From Desulfosporosinus sp. (GTDB lineage: Bacteria; Bacillota; Desulfitobacteriia; Desulfitobacteriales; Desulfitobacteriaceae): a stretch of DNA of 64,000 nucleotides. A program made the translations under genes and the position numbers. The notes under the pieces were generated by a model that saw nothing but the letters and a program-made list of their open reading frames with translations, had not been told where the DNA came from and searched no databases. Shown one piece after another: positions 9,268-18,501 of the stretch. Positions within the stretch are counted from its first letter, which is position 1, and every line of letters begins with the position of its first letter. The DNA lies in the NCBI GenBank assembly GCA_035648035.1, contig DASRMG010000107.1:1046-65045 (forward strand). The letters run 5' to 3'.

Positions 9268-9979
9268 CTCTATCGGGGTCGTATATCTTTTTGCGTTGAA
9301 GTCTTAGAAATTTTTCTAGGGCTGCTTGTTTTGCATAAAGAAGATCGGTTTTTTTTATTAAAGTATGTCGTATTTGTGGGTAGGTGCACAGGAGGCGCCG
9401 AAACGGAGCAAAGACTATTTGAAAGGGTCTCAGTTCCAAACGTTCATATCGTTCCTGAAATACGGCCACAAAATCTTCGAGTCGATGAAGTAAGAGGGTA
9501 GAGTGAACAATATCCCAAATAACATAAGTGGTCAAAATAACAGCTAATATAGAACGGGCTGCATACGGAATACTCAACATCTGAATTTGAACGACGGGAT
9601 GTATGATGAGCTGAAACACTAGACCTAAGACTCCCCAAAACAGGGAATAGGGCAGAGCAATTCGACCGTGAAAATTAAAGGGCGTGTTATGATAATCCCA
9701 AAGCTGTAGACGAAAGAAACGTTCAAAAAACCAGCCTGCTTGATATTCTAATACGGTACTTAGAGACACTAGCCATATAAACTGCCATTGCCAAGTAAGA
9801 ACAGCGGTGAGTCCAGAGGACCAAATCACCAGCGTCGTAAAAAATCCATAAATAGGAAGGAAAGGTCCAGCTAAAAATCCAGGATTTACTAACCTTCTTT
9901 GTCGAGCAGAACGGTATAGGGTTTCCATGACCCAACCAGAAAAAGCGTAAAAAGCGAAGGTGAGGATAAAGCTTGTCAT
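9260..9979 (-). CDS. CmpB-like 'putative ABC transporter permease' membrane protein
   Basis: YAFSGWVME, GFLAGPFLPIYG, LWDY, NFHGRI motifs. Confidence 0.85.
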   Translation of the reverse strand: MTSFILTFAFYAFSGWVMETLYRSARQRRLVNPGFLAGPFLPIYGFFTTLVIWSSGLTAVLTWQWQFIWLVSLSTVLEYQAGWFFERFFRLQLWDYHNTPFNFHGRIALPYSLFWGVLGLVFQLIIHPVVQIQMLSIPYAARSILAVILTTYVIWDIVHSTLLLHRLEDFVAVFQERYERLELRPFQIVFAPFRRLLCTYPQIRHTLIKKTDLLYAKQAALEKFLRLQRKKIYDPDRVE

Positions 9980-10184
9980 GATTGCCCTTTCAAACCGCTA
10001 CTAACGAACACTCAGTATGCTTATTTAAGCACAAGACGATGGGTACACTATAATTGTACTCTAAAAGATCATCGTTGTACATTTATCTTTAAAGTATCTA
10101 GGCTAAATTTGCTAGTTGTATCCAATTAATTAGGATAGGATATATAGTGAAGACCATTAGGGGGAAACTTAAGGAGGAAATCTA

Positions 10185-10823
10185 ATGCAGTACGCGAGTT
10201 GGATGAGAGAGTTGGGAGAAAGTTTTATCGGAGAAATGTTAAAAGCAGCGCAGAATCTCAAGATGATTTCTTTCGCAGGGGGATTGCCAGCGTTGGAACC
10301 TTTTCCAGATCAAGCTTTGCAATGCTGTTTTCAACGAGTTTTTAAAAAGCAAGGAAAACGAGCTTTACAATATTCTCAAACGGCGGGTCATCCCCCCCTC
10401 AGGCAGTGGTTAGCACAGCAACATAAGCGTCATGGTAACCCCGCGATAATGGAGGAAATTGCGGTGACAACGGGCAGTCAACAGGGTTTGAGTTTTTAGA
10501 GAAAGGGTTGCTTCCCGCGCATATTCTAAACTTACGGTTTACAAAGAACGCAGGATGGCGATGGCTGCGCACTCGAAAAATGCATAGGAGACGAGGTGGA
10601 GATGATGATCCCCTCGGGAGGTCTCTTTCTTTGGGCACGTTTCAAAAATATATGGAATAGTTACGACTACGTTCAGGAGACCCTTAGACAAAACGTTCTC
10701 TATGTACCCGGTAAGTTATTCTACCCGGATGGGCGAGAGACTTCTGAGGTGCGATACTCCTGTTCAACTCCCGAGATCATTGATGAGGGTATTCAACGGC
10801 TAGCTCGGGCGATCCAGAAATAA
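10185..10823 (+). pseudogene. PLP-dependent aminotransferase (class I/II, LysN/MocR-like) with large internal deletion and frameshifts
   Basis: N-part ISFAGGLP...ALQYS...TTGSQQGL is joined directly to late-protein EFLEKGLLPAHI / YKERR / PSGGLFLW / YVPG; the PLP-lysine region is missing. Confidence 0.85.
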
Positions 10824-10919
10824 ACAATCACCAACAAAAGCGTAAGGTTAGTGATTGGCAATCATTAACCTTACGCTTTGTTATATAGGGTGTTTGATTT
10901 ATAAGACAATACCTCGACA

Positions 10920-11666
10920 TCATCGCAGAAAAGGAAACGCGGCCAATAAACATACAACTTCGGAGAGCTCAATCATCGCCCCGTATAGGTCGCCCGTTAA
11001 TCCGCCGAGCAAGGAGGATATCTTGGAAGCCCAAAGGGTTACGGTGATGACGCATACTCCAAAGGCGATTAACCCAGCAAATCCGGCAAGATAATAGGAG
11101 GCGCCTAAAACTAAGCATCCCGTGAAAAGAAATGGAAGCCAGTGCACTGTTTCATGAATGCCTTTTCCCAGTCCCTGGGGGCGAGCATAAGGAAACCCAA
11201 TCACGCCAATCTGAAATACCCAGCGTGAGAGCATGGGCATAACCACGAGGATGGTAATCTGTGTGGAAGTTAGGCTGGCCAGTAAGGAGAATTTGAGGAG
11301 TAGTAAGCCTACGAGTGCCATGCAGGCATGCGCTCCAATTCGGCTGTCCTTCATGATCTCCAGTATGCGTTCCGGACTTCGGGCGGATAATAAACCATCC
11401 ATACTATCCATGAACCCATCGAGATGGAGTCCTCCGGTCAGCACTAACTCGGCAACTAACAAGAGAGCACCCATAACTAAAGGCGGTAAATATGGCATCA
11501 TTGCTTTAGCCAGAAGCCACAGTAGAAGTCCTAGTAGAAGTCCCACCAAGGGATAATAGCGATAACTAAGTGTAAATTCCTCCGAGGTGACCTCGATTTT
11601 GGGTGCTGGTAAGGGCAGACGAGTGAGAAAGGTAAGGGCAATTAGAAATCCGCGCAAATGAATCAC
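10920..11666 (-). CDS. cobS: Adenosylcobinamide-GDP ribazoletransferase (cobalamin synthase)
   Basis: FLTRLP, TGGLHLDGFMDSMDG, IMKDSRIGA, GGLTGDLYGA. Confidence 0.95.
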   Translation of the reverse strand: MIHLRGFLIALTFLTRLPLPAPKIEVTSEEFTLSYRYYPLVGLLLGLLLWLLAKAMMPYLPPLVMGALLLVAELVLTGGLHLDGFMDSMDGLLSARSPERILEIMKDSRIGAHACMALVGLLLLKFSLLASLTSTQITILVVMPMLSRWVFQIGVIGFPYARPQGLGKGIHETVHWLPFLFTGCLVLGASYYLAGFAGLIAFGVCVITVTLWASKISSLLGGLTGDLYGAMIELSEVVCLLAAFPFLR

Positions 11667-12253
11667 TCCTTGAGCAGGGAAGCGAGAAGTTTCTCGCCGG
11701 AGTGTTTAAGCTCCATGGGAATACCTGCCACGACCATATAAACTTGATCTGCACTTCGTGCTAGAATTTGATTACTTCGTCCTGCTAAATCCCGGTAGGC
11801 TCGGGCTAAAGCGTTCTCAGGAACAATTCCCTGACCGACTTCGTTGGAGACAAAGATGACTTTTGGTTTAATATCTCGGGCTAATTGAGCGACCTCCTGC
11901 ACACTCTTCAAGATCTGAGGCTCGAGCGTGTTGTTGAGACAATCATGGTCGTCCTGTACGTAACCTTCTAAGAGAAGATTAGTCAGCCAGAGCGTGACAC
12001 AATCCAGAAGAATAATCCCATCTTCATCTTTAAGTTTTAGCAAGGTATCCAGTATGTTCCGAGGTTCTTCGATCAGTCGCCAAGTTGACGGTCTTTGCTG
12101 CTGGTGTTTTTTAACTCTGAGTGCCATTTCCCCGTCCAATATTTGAGCGGTAGCAATGTAAATAACGGGACGTTTGGTATGAGCTGCCAGAAGTTCGGCA
12201 AACCGGCTTTTGCCGCTTCGGGCACCACCTGTGATGAACGTAAATTGAGACAT
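11663..12253 (-). CDS. cobU: Bifunctional adenosylcobinamide kinase / phosphate guanylyltransferase
   Basis: GGARSGKSRFAE, YIATA, LLDCVTLW, VSNEVGQGIVP. Confidence 0.95.
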   Translation of the reverse strand: MSQFTFITGGARSGKSRFAELLAAHTKRPVIYIATAQILDGEMALRVKKHQQQRPSTWRLIEEPRNILDTLLKLKDEDGIILLDCVTLWLTNLLLEGYVQDDHDCLNNTLEPQILKSVQEVAQLARDIKPKVIFVSNEVGQGIVPENALARAYRDLAGRSNQILARSADQVYMVVAGIPMELKHSGEKLLASLLKE

Positions 12254-12319
12254 CGTCTTCACCTTCTTAATATATTAAGAGTTATAAATTAAGATTCACT
12301 GAGAAAGACCATATGAACT

Positions 12320-13396
12320 CTAATGGGACTCGCTGACTCCTGCGTCGGCAAAGGTGGACATTTCTTCCAGAATATGAAGGGCAGCTTCAACAAGGTGAAA
12401 GGTTAAGACGGCTCCAGTGCCTTCACCCAGTCTCATATTTAAGCTTAGTAATGGATCTAGGCCCAGTGCAGCTAAGGCCCTACGGTGACCTATTTCGGCA
12501 GAACCGTGGGAAGGGATCATAAAGGCGGTACTCTTAGGGGCCAGTCTCGCGGCTACGAGTGCACCAGCAGTCGAGATGAACCCATCAATGACAATAGGAA
12601 CACGGCTAGCAGCGGCTTGAAGGATTGAACCAGCGATCGCCGCGATTTCGAAGCCGCCAACTTTGGTCAGCACGTCGAGGGCATCCTTTGGATCGGGCTG
12701 ATTTAGTTTAAGGGCTTTAGCAATCGCTTGACGTTTCTTAATTAATCCAGCATCATCAATGCCGCTTCCACGGCCTACGACGGCTTCAATAGGGGAATTT
12801 GTAAAAAGGGCGACGATGGCTGAACTGGGCGTTGTATTCCCAATGCCTAGGTCCCCAGTGCCTAAAAGGTTGTAGCCTGCACTGATTTTCTCAGCAGCAA
12901 CTTCCGCGCCCACCAGCAGTGCTTGTAACGCTTGTTGTCTAGTCATAGCGGGACCGTCCATCATATTCTTGGTGCCATTGGCAACGCGTTTGTGGATAAT
13001 GTCTCCCTCTAAAGGGAAGGCGACTCCTACATCCGTTAAGAAAACCTCGGCGTTGGCCTGGCGAGCCAACACATTGATTGCAGCACCACCACGTATGATA
13101 TTATAAACCATTTGAGGTGTAACTTCTTGAGGAAATGCACTGACCCCTGCTGCAGCCACCCCATGATCACCAGCCATTAGAAGGACGGCTTTCTTCCCTA
13201 TTTTTGGGTTGCAGGTTTGTTGAATGCCCCCCAGTTGTTTTGCTATAGTTTCCAATTGTCCAAGGCTACCCTGGGGTTTGGTGAGTGAGTCCAAACGTTT
13301 TTGGATTTGCGCTATGCTCTCCTCGTCAAGGCTCCCAATGCTTGCTGTTAGTGTTTGTAGTTGGGCGTTTAGCTGATCGACTGTTAAATTATCCAT
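12320..13396 (-). CDS. cobT: Nicotinate-nucleotide--dimethylbenzimidazole phosphoribosyltransferase
   Basis: LTKPQGSLGQLE, GDHGV, GIGNTT, RLGEGTGA. Confidence 0.96.
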   Translation of the reverse strand: MDNLTVDQLNAQLQTLTASIGSLDEESIAQIQKRLDSLTKPQGSLGQLETIAKQLGGIQQTCNPKIGKKAVLLMAGDHGVAAAGVSAFPQEVTPQMVYNIIRGGAAINVLARQANAEVFLTDVGVAFPLEGDIIHKRVANGTKNMMDGPAMTRQQALQALLVGAEVAAEKISAGYNLLGTGDLGIGNTTPSSAIVALFTNSPIEAVVGRGSGIDDAGLIKKRQAIAKALKLNQPDPKDALDVLTKVGGFEIAAIAGSILQAAASRVPIVIDGFISTAGALVAARLAPKSTAFMIPSHGSAEIGHRRALAALGLDPLLSLNMRLGEGTGAVLTFHLVEAALHILEEMSTFADAGVSESH

Positions 13397-13435
13397 GGTA
13401 AAATCCCCCTCGTTTTTGATTTCATCTCTAGATAT

Positions 13436-13478
13436 AGTAAAGTCCCGACCACAAATAAATCTGTGGTCGGGACTTTAC
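13436..13478 (-). terminator. Attenuator/terminator hairpin in cobalamin riboswitch leader
   Basis: AAAGTCCCGACCACA / TGTGGTCGGGACTTT stem between the aptamer and cobT. Confidence 0.75.
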
Positions 13479-13519
13479 CGTCATCACCGCCGCTCCCCAA
13501 GAGTGGGAAGACGCAAACA

Positions 13520-13672
13520 TGTTAGGCAGGTCTCCTGGCTTTCGAATCATTGCTAAACCCGTAACCTTCCCAGCAAGTGCAGTGGTGTACGGAGCTCCTC
13601 GAATACAGTGGTGGGTCCGCGTCGGTCTTAAACCGAACTTCCCTATTCTCCCCGAAGGGCACCTAAAATGAA
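13520..13672 (-). ncRNA. Cobalamin riboswitch
   Basis: Minus strand reads AGGTGCCC...AATAGGGAAG..CGGT...CCACTGTA...CCACTG...GGGAAGG...AAGCCAGGAGACCTGCC (B12 box), upstream of cobT. Confidence 0.93.
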
Positions 13673-13949
13673 ATATTTTTCTTTAGCATAACACAACCCT
13701 TTTCTTATCTCAAGTAGATGGCCACATGTTGCCAGTATTTATCACACAATAAACCATATCTATTATACAATCGTGTTTTCTTCGTATATAATGGTAAGTA
13801 TAATCACTTCTTTTAGATTATGATGGCATTTTACATTATAGACTGCTAACATTAATATAGAGAATATGTATAATTATCTTCGTTACAAACTATAAATTAT
13901 ATAAGAATAACCATATATGGCTTCTGAAAATAAAAGGAGGAGAAAAACC

Positions 13950-15299
13950 ATCGAAGGTCTGCTCTGGAGTGTTGTTAAGGTTTTAATGGCTTTTTTGTTG
14001 GTAGGAATTAATGGAATATTTGTTGCGGCTGAATTCTCAATGGTTAAAGTGCGCAAGACGCGTTTAGCGGAACTTGCGGAGAATGGTTCAAAGAAAGCGC
14101 AAATTGCGCTGGAAGTTACGTCGAAACTAGACGCCTACCTATCTGCTTGTCAGCTGGGTATTACGTTAGCTTCCTTGGGCTTAGGTTGGCTTGGTGAACC
14201 AGCGATTGCGCGCCTGATTGAACCATTGTTTGTGAGGTTTGGCGGAAAGAGCTTGATCTATACTCATACCCTTGCTGTGGCAATAGCGTTTTTGATTATC
14301 TCGTTCTTACACATTGTGCTAGGAGAGCTAGTACCTAAATCACTGGCCATTCAGAAGGCAGAAAGCACGGCACTAGCTTTAGCGGGTTTCTTAAAGACTT
14401 TTTATATTATATTTTATCCAGTTATTTGGGCGCTCAATGCAATCGCTAACCTCGTTTTACGTCTCTTAAGAATCGAATCAGCGAATGAGGCTGATTTATC
14501 CCATAGTGAAGAAGAACTGAGAATGTTGGTGGATGCCAGTCAAAAGCATGGCTATTTAGATAAAATGGAAGGTAAACTACTGGATAACGTCTTCGAATTT
14601 TCCGACCGCATTGCCAGTGAGGTGATGATTCCGCGCCAGGATATGGTGTGTATCTTTATTCAGGATACGTTTGAGGAAATTCTTGAAATTGTAAAAAAAT
14701 ACGGTCATACACGATATTTGTTGTGTGATGATGATAAAGACCATGTTCTGGGCTTAGTCCATATGCGGGACATCATACGGTTTCAGGAGCAGGCAGGGGA
14801 AAAAGATATTATCGAAATTAAACGAGATATCCTAGCAGTTCCTGAGGGAATGCCCATATCTCATCTTGTACAGAGAATGCGCAGCCAACGAACTCATATG
14901 GCTGTAATTGTGGACGAATTTGGAGGGTCAGCTGGGCTTGTCACGCTTGAGGATATGCTTGAAGAATTGGTGGGAGAAATTTACGACGAATTTGAGTCAG
15001 AACAGCTGGACATTCAAAAATTGGCTGAAAATGAATATATGCTTAACGGACGGGTTTTATTGGAAGAAGTCTCAGAAATGTTGGAGATTGAACTTGAGGA
15101 AGATACCGTTTCTACCATAGGGGGATATGTTTTTTCGAGAATCGGTCGAAAGCCGGTCAAGGGAGATATTGTCTATTTTGATGGGTTTAACTTTGAAGTT
15201 ATGGAAGTTCTGGGGTATCGGATTACCAAGGTTAAGGTCATGGAAAAGTCTCTCGAAAGTAAGATTAAAGAAGTCAACGCCGTAAATGAAGCAGTCTGA
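13950..15299 (+). CDS. Hemolysin-family CNNM/CBS/CorC transporter (Mg2+/Co2+ efflux-like)
   Basis: FVAAEFS, CQLGITLASLGLGWLGEP, GELVPK, VDEFGG..GLVTLED; start uncertain (strong RBS points to ATC 13950; ORF track uses ATG 13917). Confidence 0.92.
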   Translation: MEGLLWSVVKVLMAFLLVGINGIFVAAEFSMVKVRKTRLAELAENGSKKAQIALEVTSKLDAYLSACQLGITLASLGLGWLGEPAIARLIEPLFVRFGGKSLIYTHTLAVAIAFLIISFLHIVLGELVPKSLAIQKAESTALALAGFLKTFYIIFYPVIWALNAIANLVLRLLRIESANEADLSHSEEELRMLVDASQKHGYLDKMEGKLLDNVFEFSDRIASEVMIPRQDMVCIFIQDTFEEILEIVKKYGHTRYLLCDDDKDHVLGLVHMRDIIRFQEQAGEKDIIEIKRDILAVPEGMPISHLVQRMRSQRTHMAVIVDEFGGSAGLVTLEDMLEELVGEIYDEFESEQLDIQKLAENEYMLNGRVLLEEVSEMLEIELEEDTVSTIGGYVFSRIGRKPVKGDIVYFDGFNFEVMEVLGYRITKVKVMEKSLESKIKEVNAVNEAV

Positions 15300-15376
15300 T
15301 GATCGCGTCAATAAAAACTTGGTCAACACTGGCGCCTGGAGGCGGGGTGCTGGCCAAGTTTTTTTGTGTTCATCTT

Positions 15377-17266
15377 CTATACAATTTTAACTTTGTTTTC
15401 AACTAACCAATAATTGACTTGGATCAGGTAAGCAAAGAGCTGCGGAATATCCATCAGTTGCCCGAAAAATGGACGACCAGAAGGCATAGTATCTGAGAGC
15501 TTTATGAGATCACGTAAGGCTGGGATATTTAAGAAGGGAAGAATCGGGGACGCGCTGTCTTCAAGTATTTGACCTAGCCAGGTGCGAACTGCCGCTAGAT
15601 ATATGGGGTTATGAGTTTTGGGGTAGGGGCTTTTGCGACGCCAAAGCACATCCTCGGGTAAAAGTCCGGTGAGTGCACTTCGCAGTAGCCATTTTTCTCT
15701 ACCCTCAGCATACTTCATCTCCCAAGGGATGTTCCAGGCATACTCAACTAAGCGATGATCACAGAACGGAACACGTACTTCAAGCCCGGCAGACATTGTC
15801 ATGCGATCTTTGCGGTCTAGAAGGGTTGGCATGAAACGGGTGATGGTTAAATAGCTAATCTCCCTAATTCGTGCTTCTCGTTGCTGATCTCCTGTCAAGG
15901 TTCTACTGTCTTTGTGAATTGCGCCGGAAGAACTAGGAAGCAGGGGTATTTCTGCTAAAGCCTCTTCATAACGTCCCTGTAAATAGTCCTGGGGGTGAAG
16001 AAGCTCAGTGAGCTCAGGGGAAAGTATTTGTAAACGGTTTTCAACCGTTAATGTCCAGGGAAAGGTTTGAGATTCAAGGGCCTCTTTACGACGAAACCAA
16101 GGGTACCCACCAAAGATTTCATCGGCACATTCACCAGATAAGCCAACTGTGACATGCTTCTTTATTTCTCTTGAAAAGAGTAACAACGACGAGTCAATGT
16201 CAGCCATTCCCGGCAGATCGCGGGCAAGTGTTGAAGCTTTGAGGGCTTCAACGAGATCAGGGATTCTCAGAGTACTGTTGGTCTGCTTGGTTCCAAAGGC
16301 TTTAGACATATGTTCAATGAAAGGACCGTCTGCGCTGGGTTGGAAGTCATTGGTCTTGAAGTATCGGCCGTTATCCGTGTAATCAACGGAAAAGGTCTGC
16401 AGGGGTCCTTTCCCATCTTTGGCAAGGCGATTTGCAGCGATGGCTGTAATGGCGCTCGAATCAAGACCTCCTGAAAGTAGCGTGCCAAGCGGTACATCTG
16501 ACACTAACTGGCGCTCGACAGAATCAACAAAAAGCTCTCGTACCTTTCCAATCGTCGTCTTCAGATCATCGGTATGGACATTATTAGGTAAGGCCCAGTA
16601 TCTTCGAATGTGCAAACCATTGGCAGAATAAAATAGCACATGCCCAGGCTTAAGATCTGAAATACCTTCGAAAACGCCCACTCCTGGAGTACGTGCTGGC
16701 CCGAGCAGGAAGACTTCGGCGAGTCCTTCCCGTCCGATATTGGGGGATATATCAGGGTGCTTTAAGAGAGCTTTAAGTTCTGAAGCGAAAATCAGCGAAC
16801 CATTCTGTTCACTGTAAAAGAGAGGCTTTACCCCTAAACGATCACGGGCAATAAATAATTGCTGTTCTTTGCTATCCCAGATGGCAAAGGCGAATATTCC
16901 ATTAAAACGCTCAACGCAAGAGGGGCCCCATTCTAAGTAAGAGAGTAGTAAGGCTTCCGTATCAGAATGTCCTTCAAAGTGGTAGCCTCGACTTGTAAGT
17001 TCGCTACGCAACTCGGGAGTATTATAAAGTTCACCGTTATAGATTAGGGTAAACTCATGTTCACCTTGCTGGCGAATCATCGGTTGTTGGCCGCCTTGAG
17101 GGTCAACGACTACCAGCCTGCGGTGGCCTAAGGCAGCACGAGGGGAAAGCCAGTACCCTTGCGCATCTGGTCCTCGAGGTGTAAGGGTTTGAGTCATTCC
17201 GACCAGAATATCTTCTTGGAGGCTGAGATCACGTTTCCAATCTACAAAACCAACGATACCACACAT
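15377..17266 (-). CDS. asnB: Asparagine synthase (glutamine-hydrolysing)
   Basis: N-terminal MCGI, LGHRRL, YNGELYN, SGGLDSS, SGECADE, LEVRVPF. Confidence 0.95.
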   Translation of the reverse strand: MCGIVGFVDWKRDLSLQEDILVGMTQTLTPRGPDAQGYWLSPRAALGHRRLVVVDPQGGQQPMIRQQGEHEFTLIYNGELYNTPELRSELTSRGYHFEGHSDTEALLLSYLEWGPSCVERFNGIFAFAIWDSKEQQLFIARDRLGVKPLFYSEQNGSLIFASELKALLKHPDISPNIGREGLAEVFLLGPARTPGVGVFEGISDLKPGHVLFYSANGLHIRRYWALPNNVHTDDLKTTIGKVRELFVDSVERQLVSDVPLGTLLSGGLDSSAITAIAANRLAKDGKGPLQTFSVDYTDNGRYFKTNDFQPSADGPFIEHMSKAFGTKQTNSTLRIPDLVEALKASTLARDLPGMADIDSSLLLFSREIKKHVTVGLSGECADEIFGGYPWFRRKEALESQTFPWTLTVENRLQILSPELTELLHPQDYLQGRYEEALAEIPLLPSSSGAIHKDSRTLTGDQQREARIREISYLTITRFMPTLLDRKDRMTMSAGLEVRVPFCDHRLVEYAWNIPWEMKYAEGREKWLLRSALTGLLPEDVLWRRKSPYPKTHNPIYLAAVRTWLGQILEDSASPILPFLNIPALRDLIKLSDTMPSGRPFFGQLMDIPQLFAYLIQVNYWLVENKVKIV

Positions 17267-17466
17267 AAACATTCCTCCTGTATGTAAGAATAACCACTAT
17301 CAATGAAGCTTAGTACACATTATGCCCTGTGGGTGGTAAATGTTCATCGATCTTAAGATGGAGAAATTTAGGTTTAATTAATTTGCCAAAGTTAAGGCTG
17401 TAGGGGAGGAATTAGAGGATTGCATGAAGAAAAATTATAGTTAAGTCTATAAGGAGGTAAGCAGGT

Positions 17467-18501
17467 TTGGTGATGGATAATATTCAATATGACCCTAGGC
17501 AGATTCTTAAGGGGTTCACAATGGATGGTCTGATAGAGCTAGCTAGGAAGTTAAAACGGAAGATAAGACCCACAAAGAATGACATTATTCAGGAAATTCT
17601 AGCGTATCCAAGAGGAAAGCCCGAGTACATGATTAAAGTATGGCAAGAAATCAACCGGTCGCTAAGAAAAGATATAGAAGCCTTCTCGGAGGAAACATTC
17701 ACCTTGTTTTCTGCGGAAGATGTCCCTCACGAAGAAAGATTTAAAGTGGGTTATATGTTCACATTAAGCGCTAACTCTGAGATCAGAGCATTGGGTGAAG
17801 ACCTATATTGTCTTGGAAATAGAGAAGAAAAAGCACTAGATAACGAATTAATAGAAGAAACAGTGGCAGGGATGACTACGAAGGTCATCGATAAGCATTT
17901 GGAAGCTAGGAATACCCAAGAGATTCTCGATGACGTGGAAAAAAAAGACCTTCATAGAAAAATAAAAGTTTTAGATAATAAATTGCGTAAAGCTAATATG
18001 GTAGGGCAAAGAACTAAGGGGCAACTAGATAAGCTTAGATTAGAGATGATCGAGTTAAAGGCTCAATGGGTCAGAGAACAAGAAGAGACTGGGCAATTGA
18101 GACATAGAGTGAGAGAACTTGATGGGGAACGGGCAGATAGCGATAAATTAATTGACGGGCTGAAACAAAAACTAGAGCTCATAATGACCCAAAAAACAAA
18201 GGCCCAACCCAGTGGTGAACTCGATCATCTGGCTAACTTTCAAGGCAGAAAAGCGTTGATCTTTGCGGAACTTGATCATGAAGTAGATATGAAACTTAAT
18301 GCCTTGGGTATTATTCCTATTTGGGCTATGGGAATCGATTGGAACCGTCCGAGGCGAAGAATGTCTACGTGTCAACTGGTCCTATATAAAAACGATGAAT
18401 CAAAGGTTACTAAAATTGACGAGATACGAGATATTGCCAAGTATTGGAATATTCCCTGTAATGAACTTTTGAATTTCAGTGGGAGGATCGCTCATGATTA
18501 G
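17467..18501 (+). CDS. Coiled-coil protein with helical N-domain and small alpha/beta C-domain (CnuA-like)
   Basis: Heptad-rich K/E/L segment about aa 150-245; C-terminal GRKALIF...CQLVLY...AKYWNIP resembles a DUF2325/REC-like fold; overlaps start of the McrB-like gene. Confidence 0.7.
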   Translation: MVMDNIQYDPRQILKGFTMDGLIELARKLKRKIRPTKNDIIQEILAYPRGKPEYMIKVWQEINRSLRKDIEAFSEETFTLFSAEDVPHEERFKVGYMFTLSANSEIRALGEDLYCLGNREEKALDNELIEETVAGMTTKVIDKHLEARNTQEILDDVEKKDLHRKIKVLDNKLRKANMVGQRTKGQLDKLRLEMIELKAQWVREQEETGQLRHRVRELDGERADSDKLIDGLKQKLELIMTQKTKAQPSGELDHLANFQGRKALIFAELDHEVDMKLNALGIIPIWAMGIDWNRPRRRMSTCQLVLYKNDESKVTKIDEIRDIAKYWNIPCNELLNFSGRIAHD

